Part shown: positions 16,808-25,989 of the stretch, one piece after another
Position numbering within the stretch: position 1 is the stretch's first letter
Layout: each line of letters begins with the position of its first letter
Virus record (IMG/VR): IMGVR_UViG_3300010356_000998
Coordinates: 44,743 to 108,742 of that record
Direction: 5' to 3' (one strand)
Length of the DNA stretch: 64,000 nt
Origin: a virus
Taxonomy: Duplodnaviria; Caudoviricetes
Translations under genes and position numbers: made by a program
Notes under the pieces: generated by a model
Databases searched by the model: none
Told to the model about the DNA's origin: nothing
What the model saw: only the letters and a program-made list of their open reading frames with translations

Positions 16808-16939
16808 CAATAGAGGTTTATCATCCTTTGATGACTTAATGGTTGTCACTGCCATTTTTCAGGTATTCTTAAGTAACCCTGTTCCATTTTCCTCTATTGA
16901 CGGAACGACTAGACTCGAATTAAATTACGCAAGCGTTTT

Positions 16940-17128
16940 TTAAGATAATTCTTTATATTTTTCAATTATTCTTATATAGAATAGAATACCACATAAAGCA
17001 TATAAGAATTCTTTTTTTGTTAAATTAGTACCATACTCATCAAGTAAATCATCTATTGACATACCTAAATTTACCAACCATTGTGATACATGAATAATTA
17101 ATAAAAATATTATAAAAAATGTTATCAT
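16940..17128 (-). CDS. small membrane protein
   Basis: Hydrophobic ORF from ATG 17128. Confidence 0.5.
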   Translation of the reverse strand: MITFFIIFLLIIHVSQWLVNLGMSIDDLLDEYGTNLTKKEFLYALCGILFYIRIIEKYKELS

Positions 17129-17140
17129 AATCGAAAAGTT

Positions 17141-17207
17141 AACGGGTAAATGGGGAGAGTTATGTTGTGACACCAAAAAGTCGAAGTAACTCTCCCCTAA
17201 CCACGTT
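17141..17207 (-). ncRNA. minimal Y RNA-like module
   Basis: AACG TGGTTA GGGGAGAGT TACTTC GAC..GTC ACAACATA ACTCTCCCC ATTTACC CGTT; same loops as 15349-15477. Confidence 0.65.
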
Positions 17208-17222
17208 TATATTTTAAAGAAT

Positions 17223-17375
17223 TTACTGTTTGCTAGGTGATGCTATTGTTAAACCTGTGCAAAATGATAATAGTAGCATGAAAATATAAAAATATTCATC
17301 ACTACTACACATTGTAACAATAACACCAATTACTGTAATAACAGTAAATAACAAAGCTTTTTGTTTATATGTCAT
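17223..17375 (-). CDS. small two-TM protein coupled to the TROVE gene (50 aa, not in ORF track)
   Basis: ATGA overlap with the TROVE stop; MTYKQKALLFTVITVIGVIV... Confidence 0.5.
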   Translation of the reverse strand: MTYKQKALLFTVITVIGVIVTMCSSDEYFYIFMLLLSFCTGLTIASPSKQ

Positions 17376-19015
17376 ACAAATTCAATTGATTTAACTGTTT
17401 GAATTATTTCATTTGGATTGAATTCCACATGTTTGATTTGTTCAAACACATGATTTCCATATCCATAGATATAATGTACTTTTGGCCCAACTAATTGAGT
17501 TGTGCCGTAGGCTGCTAAATCAACTGAATACACGTAAGGTCTTCCACACTTTTCTATATAATCCTGATATGCTTTGTAAGTATTACCTACATTACATTCA
17601 TGATCAGAGAAAATGAATACACGATCGTACTTTTTAGTAGAAGCGAGTTTCCAAGCTTCTGCTAAATTAGTTGAGCCCATTTCAGATTTAAATCCAGAAG
17701 CAATTGTAAACACATCATCACTGATTTTATAGTTTACATAATTTGCTTTAGACCCAAATCTAATAATATCCGCATTTGTAGCTTTAGCGATAGTAGCTGC
17801 TAACAAACACGCTTTATCACCAGCGTATGATTTGTAAGTAACTGCATTATTTCGATTGCCGTTCTTTACATAACCATTTAGCATCCACATTGAACCAGAC
17901 TGATCAACAATAACAAGAGTATTACCTGTAAGCAATTCAGCGAAGTTTGGAATACTTTGCTTATAACCTACTGTTAATTCTTGTACAATTCTTCTTGATT
18001 CAGGAGAATTGAATTCATTGTTAATTACTTCAATAGCAATGTCGAAATGATATGGCATTATTTTACCTTGTATAACCTTGTTAGGGTCAGATACAAGAGC
18101 ACATAACATATTTACAGTATCTCTTGTCGGATTTGACAAAAGAATACTACGGATATTGCGCAGTGCTGCCATAATACCAAGACGACCTTCTGACAGCAAC
18201 TGATTCCAGTTTTGCTCTTTAGCTTCTTGTAGAAGTTGTTGAGCTTCTTGCTGGTTAATATTACCTTCACGTACAGCACGAGCAATTTCTTGCCCAGCTT
18301 CACTCTGAGCATTCTCCCATGTATGAGCAGGAATGTTATTTCCTCTCATAATATAGTCAAGTGCTGCAACACTATGTGCTTTTTCTAATGATATTTCTGG
18401 TGTTTTCCAAGGATTAGGATGCACCATATTAGCAACATCACGAATTTGTTTCGTGTATTTGCCAAAATTATACAAATCCAATCCTTCAATCGTCATAGCA
18501 AATCCTTTCTTCATGGAAGCAGGCAGGGATTTGTTATTATTCAATTTATAATATGCCATAATTTCAGACATATCGTCAGTTCTGAAAATAACACCGCCTT
18601 TCTTAGTTTTTTTATTCCAAGCAGAATAAAAATACTTTGCCCATGGTTGACCAGAAATGTATGGAGCAATTGTTACTGCAGCTACATGAGATACAGAACG
18701 TAGACCTTCTCCCAAACAGCGAGAATAAACAATACATTGTGCTGTGAAATATGGATTTTCTTTAGCACATTCGATAACAACAGCTTTCAAATTACGAATC
18801 TGTTGAGATTCTGATTTATAATACTGTTGTTCTAGTTTTAGCGTATTAAGCATAGAAAGTAGTTTTAACCACTTATCCATATTATACGCTGGTGAGCCAC
18901 TGATATTAGTAGCTTTTGGTGGTGCTGCTGTTTGTTTCTTTTTATGTGAAACAAATGAAGCAGTTTGATTCTTACCATCCAACTTTTTTTTGAGTTCGGA
19001 GTTAAATTTTGACAT
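17372..19015 (-). CDS. TROVE-domain / vWA RNA-binding protein (Ro60/Rsr-like)
   Basis: N-terminal TNISGSPAY, HTWE, MAALRNIRSI motifs of TROVE; vWA MIDAS VDQSGSM, GSTN, IFSDHE; C-terminal SVDLAAYG. Confidence 0.85.
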   Translation of the reverse strand: MSKFNSELKKKLDGKNQTASFVSHKKKQTAAPPKATNISGSPAYNMDKWLKLLSMLNTLKLEQQYYKSESQQIRNLKAVVIECAKENPYFTAQCIVYSRCLGEGLRSVSHVAAVTIAPYISGQPWAKYFYSAWNKKTKKGGVIFRTDDMSEIMAYYKLNNNKSLPASMKKGFAMTIEGLDLYNFGKYTKQIRDVANMVHPNPWKTPEISLEKAHSVAALDYIMRGNNIPAHTWENAQSEAGQEIARAVREGNINQQEAQQLLQEAKEQNWNQLLSEGRLGIMAALRNIRSILLSNPTRDTVNMLCALVSDPNKVIQGKIMPYHFDIAIEVINNEFNSPESRRIVQELTVGYKQSIPNFAELLTGNTLVIVDQSGSMWMLNGYVKNGNRNNAVTYKSYAGDKACLLAATIAKATNADIIRFGSKANYVNYKISDDVFTIASGFKSEMGSTNLAEAWKLASTKKYDRVFIFSDHECNVGNTYKAYQDYIEKCGRPYVYSVDLAAYGTTQLVGPKVHYIYGYGNHVFEQIKHVEFNPNEIIQTVKSIEFV

Positions 19016-19019
19016 TTTT

Positions 19020-19214
19020 TTAATTTTCAAGATGAACAATTTTTACTACATCATCTGCATAAAAAACTGTTTGATCATCTTCGTTATAAAAATCTGGTTC
19101 TATAGGAATAATTAAGTCTATTGCAAAATTTTTATCATCGTAATAAAATTTAATTATTCCTGTAAACCAATTTTCATTAATAGTTTTAAAAGCAACAATT
19201 GATCCTTTTTGCAT
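19020..19214 (-). CDS. hypothetical protein
   Basis: Short ORF between tRNA-Thr and the TROVE gene. Confidence 0.5.
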   Translation of the reverse strand: MQKGSIVAFKTINENWFTGIIKFYYDDKNFAIDLIIPIEPDFYNEDDQTVFYADDVVKIVHLEN

Positions 19215-19229
19215 AATAATTTGATTTAG

Positions 19230-19302
19230 AGCCACGTAAAGGATTCGAACCTTTGACCTTCTGATTACAAATCAAGCGCTCTACCAACTGAGCTAACGCG
19301 GC
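19230..19302 (-). tRNA. tRNA-Thr(UGU)
   Basis: Cloverleaf with TTTGTAA anticodon loop. Confidence 0.88.
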
Positions 19303-19534
19303 ATAAAATTGACACCTGGTTACCAACCTACGCAGGGTGTCCTACGCTCTTTATTCCAGAAGAGTAACTGTGATTTAATTATGACGGTAATTAAATGCAT
19401 AAAAACCGACAAGTTTCTCATTAACTATTAAACTTGTAAAAACTACAGACAGCTTATTCTGCAGGACGAGTAATCTCAGGTGACTACCAACCCAATCGTT
19501 TGTTTCATCCAGACCGATTAACTGGAGAGATTGG

Positions 19535-19771
19535 TTAGATCTCATTATCTTTGTCCGTAAAATTAAAAATGGAAATTACTGCATTATCTTTAGTAAATGC
19601 AGTTGCAGCAAGATCACCGTTAGGTTCTCTGCTAAGATCAATATCGTGAGCTCCAGTCTCTTTCAGTTTATTGTGAAGAGCTTTTTCAGCTTCTTCTTTT
19701 GAATCGAAAGCTTCTGGGCTACCAATATCCCCATCTTTAATGGTTGTTTGAAATATTTTTGCCATGATCAT
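19535..19771 (-). CDS. hypothetical protein
   Basis: 78 aa ORF. Confidence 0.55.
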   Translation of the reverse strand: MIMAKIFQTTIKDGDIGSPEAFDSKEEAEKALHNKLKETGAHDIDLSREPNGDLAATAFTKDNAVISIFNFTDKDNEI

Positions 19772-20223
19772 TAATATTTAGTCCACCAGCAAGTATCACA
19801 AGTAGTGTGGTATTTAGTACCTCCGATACCGTTTACGTTAGCTGGTTTATTTTTAATCCAATAATATTTCCTATGGTTTACCAGACCAATATACGGAAAT
19901 TCAATAACAATCATCGGACGATTGTTAGAGAACCCATAAATGATCTCCCATCTGCTCATATTTGTCCAGACAGTCATCTGAACTCCAGGTATCGATTGTT
20001 CGAAACCCAAAATCTCTTCGATAAATAGAACAGATTCTTCTTGTCCACTTACGACGAGTCTGTGTGACTCAAAGTCGAAACCTAGTTGAATAGTATCACC
20101 AGCTTCAATAGACTGATATTCATCAGTTTCTACTGTAGTATTGGCGTTGAAAATGATACTATTTCTTTGAGCAAATAGCATAGAGCTAAATGCCATCAAT
20201 GCGATGAATAAAACGTTCTTCAT
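19771..20223 (-). CDS. secreted hypothetical protein
   Basis: Bacteroidota-type signal peptide ending LFA-Q. Confidence 0.6.
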   Translation of the reverse strand: MKNVLFIALMAFSSMLFAQRNSIIFNANTTVETDEYQSIEAGDTIQLGFDFESHRLVVSGQEESVLFIEEILGFEQSIPGVQMTVWTNMSRWEIIYGFSNNRPMIVIEFPYIGLVNHRKYYWIKNKPANVNGIGGTKYHTTCDTCWWTKY

Positions 20224-20237
20224 ATTTAAATTGTTTG

Positions 20238-20267
20238 AAAAAAACAGAGAGAATCCACCTCTCTGTT
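20238..20267 (-). terminator. intrinsic terminator
   Basis: AACAGAGA/TCTCTGTT hairpin followed by a T-run. Confidence 0.6.
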
Positions 20268-20329
20268 AAGATGCTATTATTGTGATATTTAAAAAAGGAA
20301 CGGATGACGGTGGTTCGTCTAAGGCGGGG

Positions 20330-20671
20330 TTAGTATTGGTTGTGATTGAACTTCCAGGCGCATACTTGAGGATGATAATTCATCCCCCCGATGAGAGCAA
20401 GGAAGTGATCGTTTAACCAAAACTGCAACCGCTTTTGAAATGGATGTTTAAGTTTGATGATGCGTTTACCATCACCACCGTAACTCACTTCATCAGGAAG
20501 TGGTTTTACGGCCATGAAGTTAATTACATCATCGCTCAAATTGTGAAGAGACTGAGTGACTTGTTGGTGGTAATGATGGTTGCCATCGCTTGCGTACAAA
20601 CGACACCCTTTCCGTGCTGGAATCTCAATTACCATGAGACCCCCGGTCAAGGGTTTTGTGGGAGTAGTCAT
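20330..20671 (-). CDS. hypothetical protein
   Basis: 113 aa ORF. Confidence 0.55.
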   Translation of the reverse strand: MTTPTKPLTGGLMVIEIPARKGCRLYASDGNHHYHQQVTQSLHNLSDDVINFMAVKPLPDEVSYGGDGKRIIKLKHPFQKRLQFWLNDHFLALIGGMNYHPQVCAWKFNHNQY

Positions 20672-20676
20672 ATTTT

Positions 20677-20964
20677 TTAATCAGGAATTTCACCACGTAA
20701 CCATGCTTGTTTACGTTCGTGTTCTTGAATAAGCTTTTCTCTTGCTTGTACGTAATCCTCTTTCGGAATTACGTACACATCTTCTCTATTACCCCTGACA
20801 ATATCTTTATCAGGGTTCAAAGATTTAATTTCAGATTTATTAAGCTCTTCTGCTTTAGACAGAGCTTCTTCTCTTCCATTAATTTGACCCAAAAACGTAA
20901 CATCTTCGGGTGGTTCTGGGTTTGTGAGTGTTGTTTTTTCTTTTTTAAAAAGCAGGTGTAACAT
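20677..20964 (-). CDS. hypothetical protein
   Basis: 95 aa ORF. Confidence 0.55.
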   Translation of the reverse strand: MLHLLFKKEKTTLTNPEPPEDVTFLGQINGREEALSKAEELNKSEIKSLNPDKDIVRGNREDVYVIPKEDYVQAREKLIQEHERKQAWLRGEIPD

Positions 20965-21829
20965 ATGATGATGAGTTTGATTTAAGTTTATTTAGGAAAA
21001 CGTACTAAGTCTATTAAACAATTAATGTTTAACTAAATGAGGTTTCCGTTTTCCTAAATTATATAAGAGATAGATTACACTATCATGACCATACTATCTA
21101 GTTTCCCTACAGTATTTAACTACTGCAATCTTTCGCAATAAATCGATTTACACCGTATATGTAATAACATACGTTATTTGGTTGGAGACGATTTATCCTA
21201 CTCGAATATAGCTACTTTGATAGTATGATTGATTTTAAATGTTTGAATAGCCGTGACTATTCACTGCACAATATTAACACAATTTGATCAGAATTGTATT
21301 AATTAGGATTGTGTATCAATTTGGTGGTGCTTTTCACCCTTAATGTGTCTTATTGACTGTTTGACCAAATTACGATATACAAAACGCAAGTATCCAACTT
21401 GCTGCCTTCGATTGAGTACTGGATTTTTATTTTTGAATTTCCTATTGTTTCATTCACCGCTATTCTCCATTTACAATCGTCATTGCAGGATAAGGTGATC
21501 TCCTTCCGCAACTAGTAATTCACAAAATAAACTCAATCTTATCCCATTTAAGGGCTTACATGATCTCTTTCGAGTCAATGTTTTACAGGTTATCAAGCCT
21601 GTATATAAACACATAATTGTAAACAGATGCCTATTTCAAGATCGGCTCCAATGATCCTGGCGAACCACCTTCTTAGCCTCGGCATTATCCTATACAGTTT
21701 ACAATATGTTTGATATTTAATATAATATACATTTTCCGGCAATGTATTTATTCCAACAATTTTTATGACACGGCTTTGTCATTGTCGGATACATAGAAAA
21801 CTTCTATTATATTAATGTTTCTTTGAGAA

Positions 21830-22177
21830 TTAAAATTCTCTTTTCTTATTTATCGCAGCTTTTGACAGCTTTGATAAAACTTGGTTGACAGTCATAGTAA
21901 CTGTCTCAATGGGTTCATTACTAAAAGTAGTTACTTCTACTTTAGATGACCAACTGAGGTTGTTTACATAGCAGAACGTTACAAATTTTCTCCATTCAGT
22001 AGCTGGACTGAATGGAATACGAATGATGTAATGCATAGGTGATGATTTAAGTAATGATGAGATCAGAACTATATGATTATAATTATTCATACAGTCTGAT
22101 CTCATCATCACAAATTTATCTATTAAGTGGGTTTTTAGCCCACAAAGTCTCTGCCTGATCACAAAGTCTGTGAACAC
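21830..22177 (-). CDS. hypothetical protein
   Basis: 115 aa ORF, start uncertain. Confidence 0.4.
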   Translation of the reverse strand: MFTDFVIRQRLCGLKTHLIDKFVMMRSDCMNNYNHIVLISSLLKSSPMHYIIRIPFSPATEWRKFVTFCYVNNLSWSSKVEVTTFSNEPIETVTMTVNQVLSKLSKAAINKKREF

Positions 22178-22532
22178 GCAACCAGTATGCCGGTGTCAAT
22201 GATTGGATTCCGATGCAAACCTTGAATCCAAGTTGTAAGAACCACTTGCTATTGTGGTATTCAATCACAACATTGTTATTGTGATTGTTTTGGATTATTT
22301 CAAAACCAGCCTTTTTGCAAAGACTGATTAATCGTTTAACTGCCGCTATTGATTCACGACACTTTTGTACTTTTTCTCGCACGTCTTCAATAGAAGACGT
22401 ATCAATAGCTTTTTCAAGCTCTTGTACATGAGTGATAAGTTTTAACTTACCGCTCACAATGTCTGAATTTACTGGAAGTGGTCGATCGACCAACTTCTCA
22501 ATTTGTTCTCTTAATGTCATATTTTTTAACAT
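22116..22532 (-). CDS. hypothetical protein
   Basis: 138 aa ORF. Confidence 0.55.
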   Translation of the reverse strand: MLKNMTLREQIEKLVDRPLPVNSDIVSGKLKLITHVQELEKAIDTSSIEDVREKVQKCRESIAAVKRLISLCKKAGFEIIQNNHNNNVVIEYHNSKWFLQLGFKVCIGIQSLTPAYWLRVHRLCDQAETLWAKNPLNR

Positions 22533-22832
22533 TTAAGATGAGTTAAACTATTAAAGGTTAGTTTAAAAAACCTGCTACCTAAAGGGTGAAATAAATTTCA
22601 AATCCTTTAATCATTAGTTATACTCCAACGGGTAACTCCCACAATGAGTTTCACATATACTTGCACTAATACTTGATTGTCAAACTAACATCAAGATATA
22701 AGCCCTGCCTGTGAATGGCGTGATAAGGATTCTCACCTTATAATGAGCGGAGTGTCTGCACCCACTCATACTATTTGTTCTCATCGGTCTAAAGAACTTC
22801 TGTTGCTAGGGTAATAGTTTACCCCCAAACCT

Positions 22833-23429
22833 TCAGAATTTGGATGTCAAAGCTTTAAGATAAGGTGCTGGAGCTTTAAAACTCAGCACGTTATTATAAG
22901 CTAAATATGACAGTTTTTCTAAGTACAAAGTTTCATCTTTCTGTGTATACTCTGTACCTTTAAAAAATGTCATTTTGAAATTATCTACTCCAAATACTGA
23001 AACATGGTTAGCAATTAACATGCCAACCATGAATTTTTTTTGGGTTTTGTAGATATTTCTACACCCGCAGGCCTTGTAATAATCTCTCCGATCATCACAA
23101 GACTCTGCTTTGCTTGAAGTGCCATCAAAATCTGTAAGATCGTCAACTTCCATAAAGAAATTGTCGATAAACATTTTGCTGGCAGAACCTAACTTTTCAG
23201 AAAATGGAATCAAATTTAATTTTGTCCAAACAAAATCAATTTTATCCAGTACTGAAATTTGGGTTCCTTCAAGTCGCTTGAAGGTTTCTAGCTTGGTGTT
23301 AGCAACTTCATCTAACATTCCACCTAAAAAAGTGAAATTTGGTGAAATTACTATGGCCCAAGCCAGATTATTTGAAAAGTGATAATGATAAAATATATTA
23401 CCACTTTTCAAAATAATTTTGGTGATCAT
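22833..23429 (-). CDS. hypothetical protein
   Basis: 198 aa ORF. Confidence 0.6.
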   Translation of the reverse strand: MITKIILKSGNIFYHYHFSNNLAWAIVISPNFTFLGGMLDEVANTKLETFKRLEGTQISVLDKIDFVWTKLNLIPFSEKLGSASKMFIDNFFMEVDDLTDFDGTSSKAESCDDRRDYYKACGCRNIYKTQKKFMVGMLIANHVSVFGVDNFKMTFFKGTEYTQKDETLYLEKLSYLAYNNVLSFKAPAPYLKALTSKF

Positions 23430-24334
23430 TTAAAAAAGTTTCATTTTTTTAAATCCAAAATTAAATGTTAATAATATGTGGGAAACTCTTCCTCATATTT
23501 CATACCTTTGAAAAGTATGAAGTGAGTATCCACATTATAGGAATTATGACAATTTCATTAATGTAGTATAAGATTTTTATAATATTTTAGTTACCTCACT
23601 CATTCGCTTGTATGAAGAGCTTATGAGATAAAGTTAAAATACCATCAATCTTATAGTTTACATTATGACATGCATAATTAAATCTATAGACCCTGTTTAT
23701 ATTCAGTAGGAGTCTTCACTGTACAAGTTTCTTTGCCTTGTATTACTCAAACAGTAAGATGTTAGCTAATCATTTACATTTAAGTGTCAATATGATCATA
23801 AGACACCGAGTAGATTCGTGATCTACACAGACACTACGGTCTGTATCTGACAACTCACCAATAGTTATGAACGTTTATTAGATAAATCTAATACTCCGCT
23901 TGTATGGATAATCCACAACTATTCTTTAAAGGAGTGTAATGCTCCTTTGGCTTCTTTGTTTATAATGATCATTACTATGATCATTACTATCTTACGTCCC
24001 AGATTCGACAGTAAGACCACAATTACTAATGTGGCTTGCTTTAGGATGAGTCAGTTACGCTCAAACATGTGTTTTAACCTATTAACACACAAAGGTCGAA
24101 ATCGATAACTCAAATTTTAATTTAGTTAAAATAAAAACATATTCAGAGATGAGTTAGTCTCTTAGGTGTGTTTATCACCATTTACCTTTATTAATAACAG
24201 TTATCAGTTGTTATTAATACCACAGAACGCTTGAATGACTAAATCCTACTGTGGAAATATTAGTCAGCGCTAAACTAAGGATTTTAGTTTAGATTTACTT
24301 TTTTTACCAGAAGTATAACTGGTGAAGACTATCT

Positions 24335-24706
24335 TTACAGATAATCTTCAAGTGGGCGTCGACCCAATCGGGTCAACACCGCGTTAATCTGCTCGGTAGT
24401 GGCTTCTTGAGTCAGGTCAGTCGGCCAATATTGGGCGACTGTTTCGTAGTTGAAGCCCAGCAGGGATTGGATCTCCCAGATTGGCCATAGTTTACTAGAA
24501 GGAGCGTCAGAAGGAGCTTCGACCGTCTCCATTTTTTCTTCTGCAGCTGGAACGTTCGATGGATAGAGCTTGTTCAGCTCTTCCATTTCGGCCTCGATGG
24601 CCTTTTTGAGCTCTTCAGCAGCACTGGTAGCGTTTTTAGCCGCTTCCTCTGCGGCCTGAACTGCCTCTTTCCATTTCTGGTTGAGGCTTTTGATTCTCTT
24701 GTTCAT
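24335..24706 (-). CDS. hypothetical coiled-coil protein
   Basis: Ala/Glu-rich helix; GC-rich codon usage; start at ATG 24706. Confidence 0.6.
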   Translation of the reverse strand: MNKRIKSLNQKWKEAVQAAEEAAKNATSAAEELKKAIEAEMEELNKLYPSNVPAAEEKMETVEAPSDAPSSKLWPIWEIQSLLGFNYETVAQYWPTDLTQEATTEQINAVLTRLGRRPLEDYL

Positions 24707-24747
24707 AAAATAGATTTCAAATTCTCCCTGCACGGAGATTTTAAAAA

Positions 24748-25065
24748 TTAGACCAGATACCAATATAATAACAGTGCAGTGTTATCAATGATATCTGGCC
24801 AGTTTTTTTCTACGAATGTGCCGCTTATCCAACTACCATTGTAGGTGTCACCATCCATTATTACTTTGGATGGGAACAGAATAATGGTGTACTCATTTTC
24901 AATCACGCTACTGTCTGCAGCAACGTAATTGAATTTGAGTGGCTTGTGAGACTCTATCGCTGATTCCACATTGATAGTGGTTTCAGCGTTTTGATAATAC
25001 GAAGCACCTATAAAGATGCTCGCAATTATCAAAACTGATACGAAAATTGTGATAAAAAGTTTCAT
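24748..25065 (-). CDS. membrane-anchored hypothetical protein
   Basis: N-terminal TM segment. Confidence 0.55.
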   Translation of the reverse strand: MKLFITIFVSVLIIASIFIGASYYQNAETTINVESAIESHKPLKFNYVAADSSVIENEYTIILFPSKVIMDGDTYNGSWISGTFVEKNWPDIIDNTALLLYWYLV

Positions 25066-25698
25066 GTTGTTAACAGTTGTAATGAAAAATTTTTGTTATA
25101 CATAATATAACAAAAAAGTCATGCCAAAAACCTTTCGGTAAAAACAGCATGTAAAGATGATTAAAGGTCTATTCCCCAACCAAATCCATCATAACTCACT
25201 GATTTACAACGATTTACAACGCTCAAGGCGAATACGTATCAGTGGATGGAGCCCGTAACTGGGCAGTGTGGAAACACCTAATCATCTTTGTTTGAAAAAC
25301 CATATTTTAAGGGAAGAAGTCATCGCATTTCTGCTCGTTCTTATCGAGTGTATTAACCTTCTGCTACTTATTGAGCATTGGTTTATACGAATCTATCCCT
25401 TATATATCTTAAAACCAGATAGTGACATCATCGCAGCCCAGTGATAAATCGAATGGGTTATTCTGCTCCGTCATGAAGATGAATTCAATTACCTATATTA
25501 TATAGGTGTATTCATCAAACATCTTTACTATCTGGTTATCTAAACAAACCAGGTTGGATTTTAAATGTGGTTTACTCCACTTTACCCCAATAGATGAAAC
25601 TATTGAGTTTACTACTTTCAACCCGGTTTGTGACTGATTTAATTGAGCTTGGACAAAGGCTGTGGCCCCACACCCCGCAGAGTGTGAGACCACCACCA

Positions 25699-25989
25699 TC
25701 ACCAGGCCATGTTCTTCAGGCTTTCGAAGGTCTCTTGGACCTTGCTAACAGCCTGGGCACTCTCGGCCATACCCTCCATTCGATAGAAGGTCGCGCCGTT
25801 ATACTCGTCCTCGACGAGCTTAACGACACCATTCAGGGTCAGGGCGCCGCACTTCCAAGAGTACTGAACGCCGTTTACAGTTTGGGTGTGCCGGTACGAG
25901 CCAGCAATCACCTCTTTCGTGTTAAAGTCCCGCACGACCCCGCCAACGGAGCCGATGCATGGGACAAGGATAACATCTCCCTTTGCCAT
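25699..25989 (-). CDS. hypothetical protein, first gene of the leftward arm
   Basis: 96 aa, markedly GC-rich, co-oriented with the arm. Confidence 0.6.
   Translation of the reverse strand: MAKGDVILVPCIGSVGGVVRDFNTKEVIAGSYRHTQTVNGVQYSWKCGALTLNGVVKLVEDEYNGATFYRMEGMAESAQAVSKVQETFESLKNMAW

Noticed and set aside
16855-16885. Fourth copy of the Ro-associated module (GGGTTACTT)
   Set aside because: It lacks the TRGTTA/ATTTWCY internal loop
13437-17176. N-terminal extensions of track ORFs starting at 13517, 15410, 15785, 16597 and 17176
   Set aside because: The extensions overlap tRNA or structured RNA genes; downstream ATG starts were used instead
20990-24330. CRISPR array in the long non-coding blocks
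   Set aside because: Only inverted repeats are present; there are no regularly spaced direct repeats, and the RecB/Cas4-like nuclease stands alone
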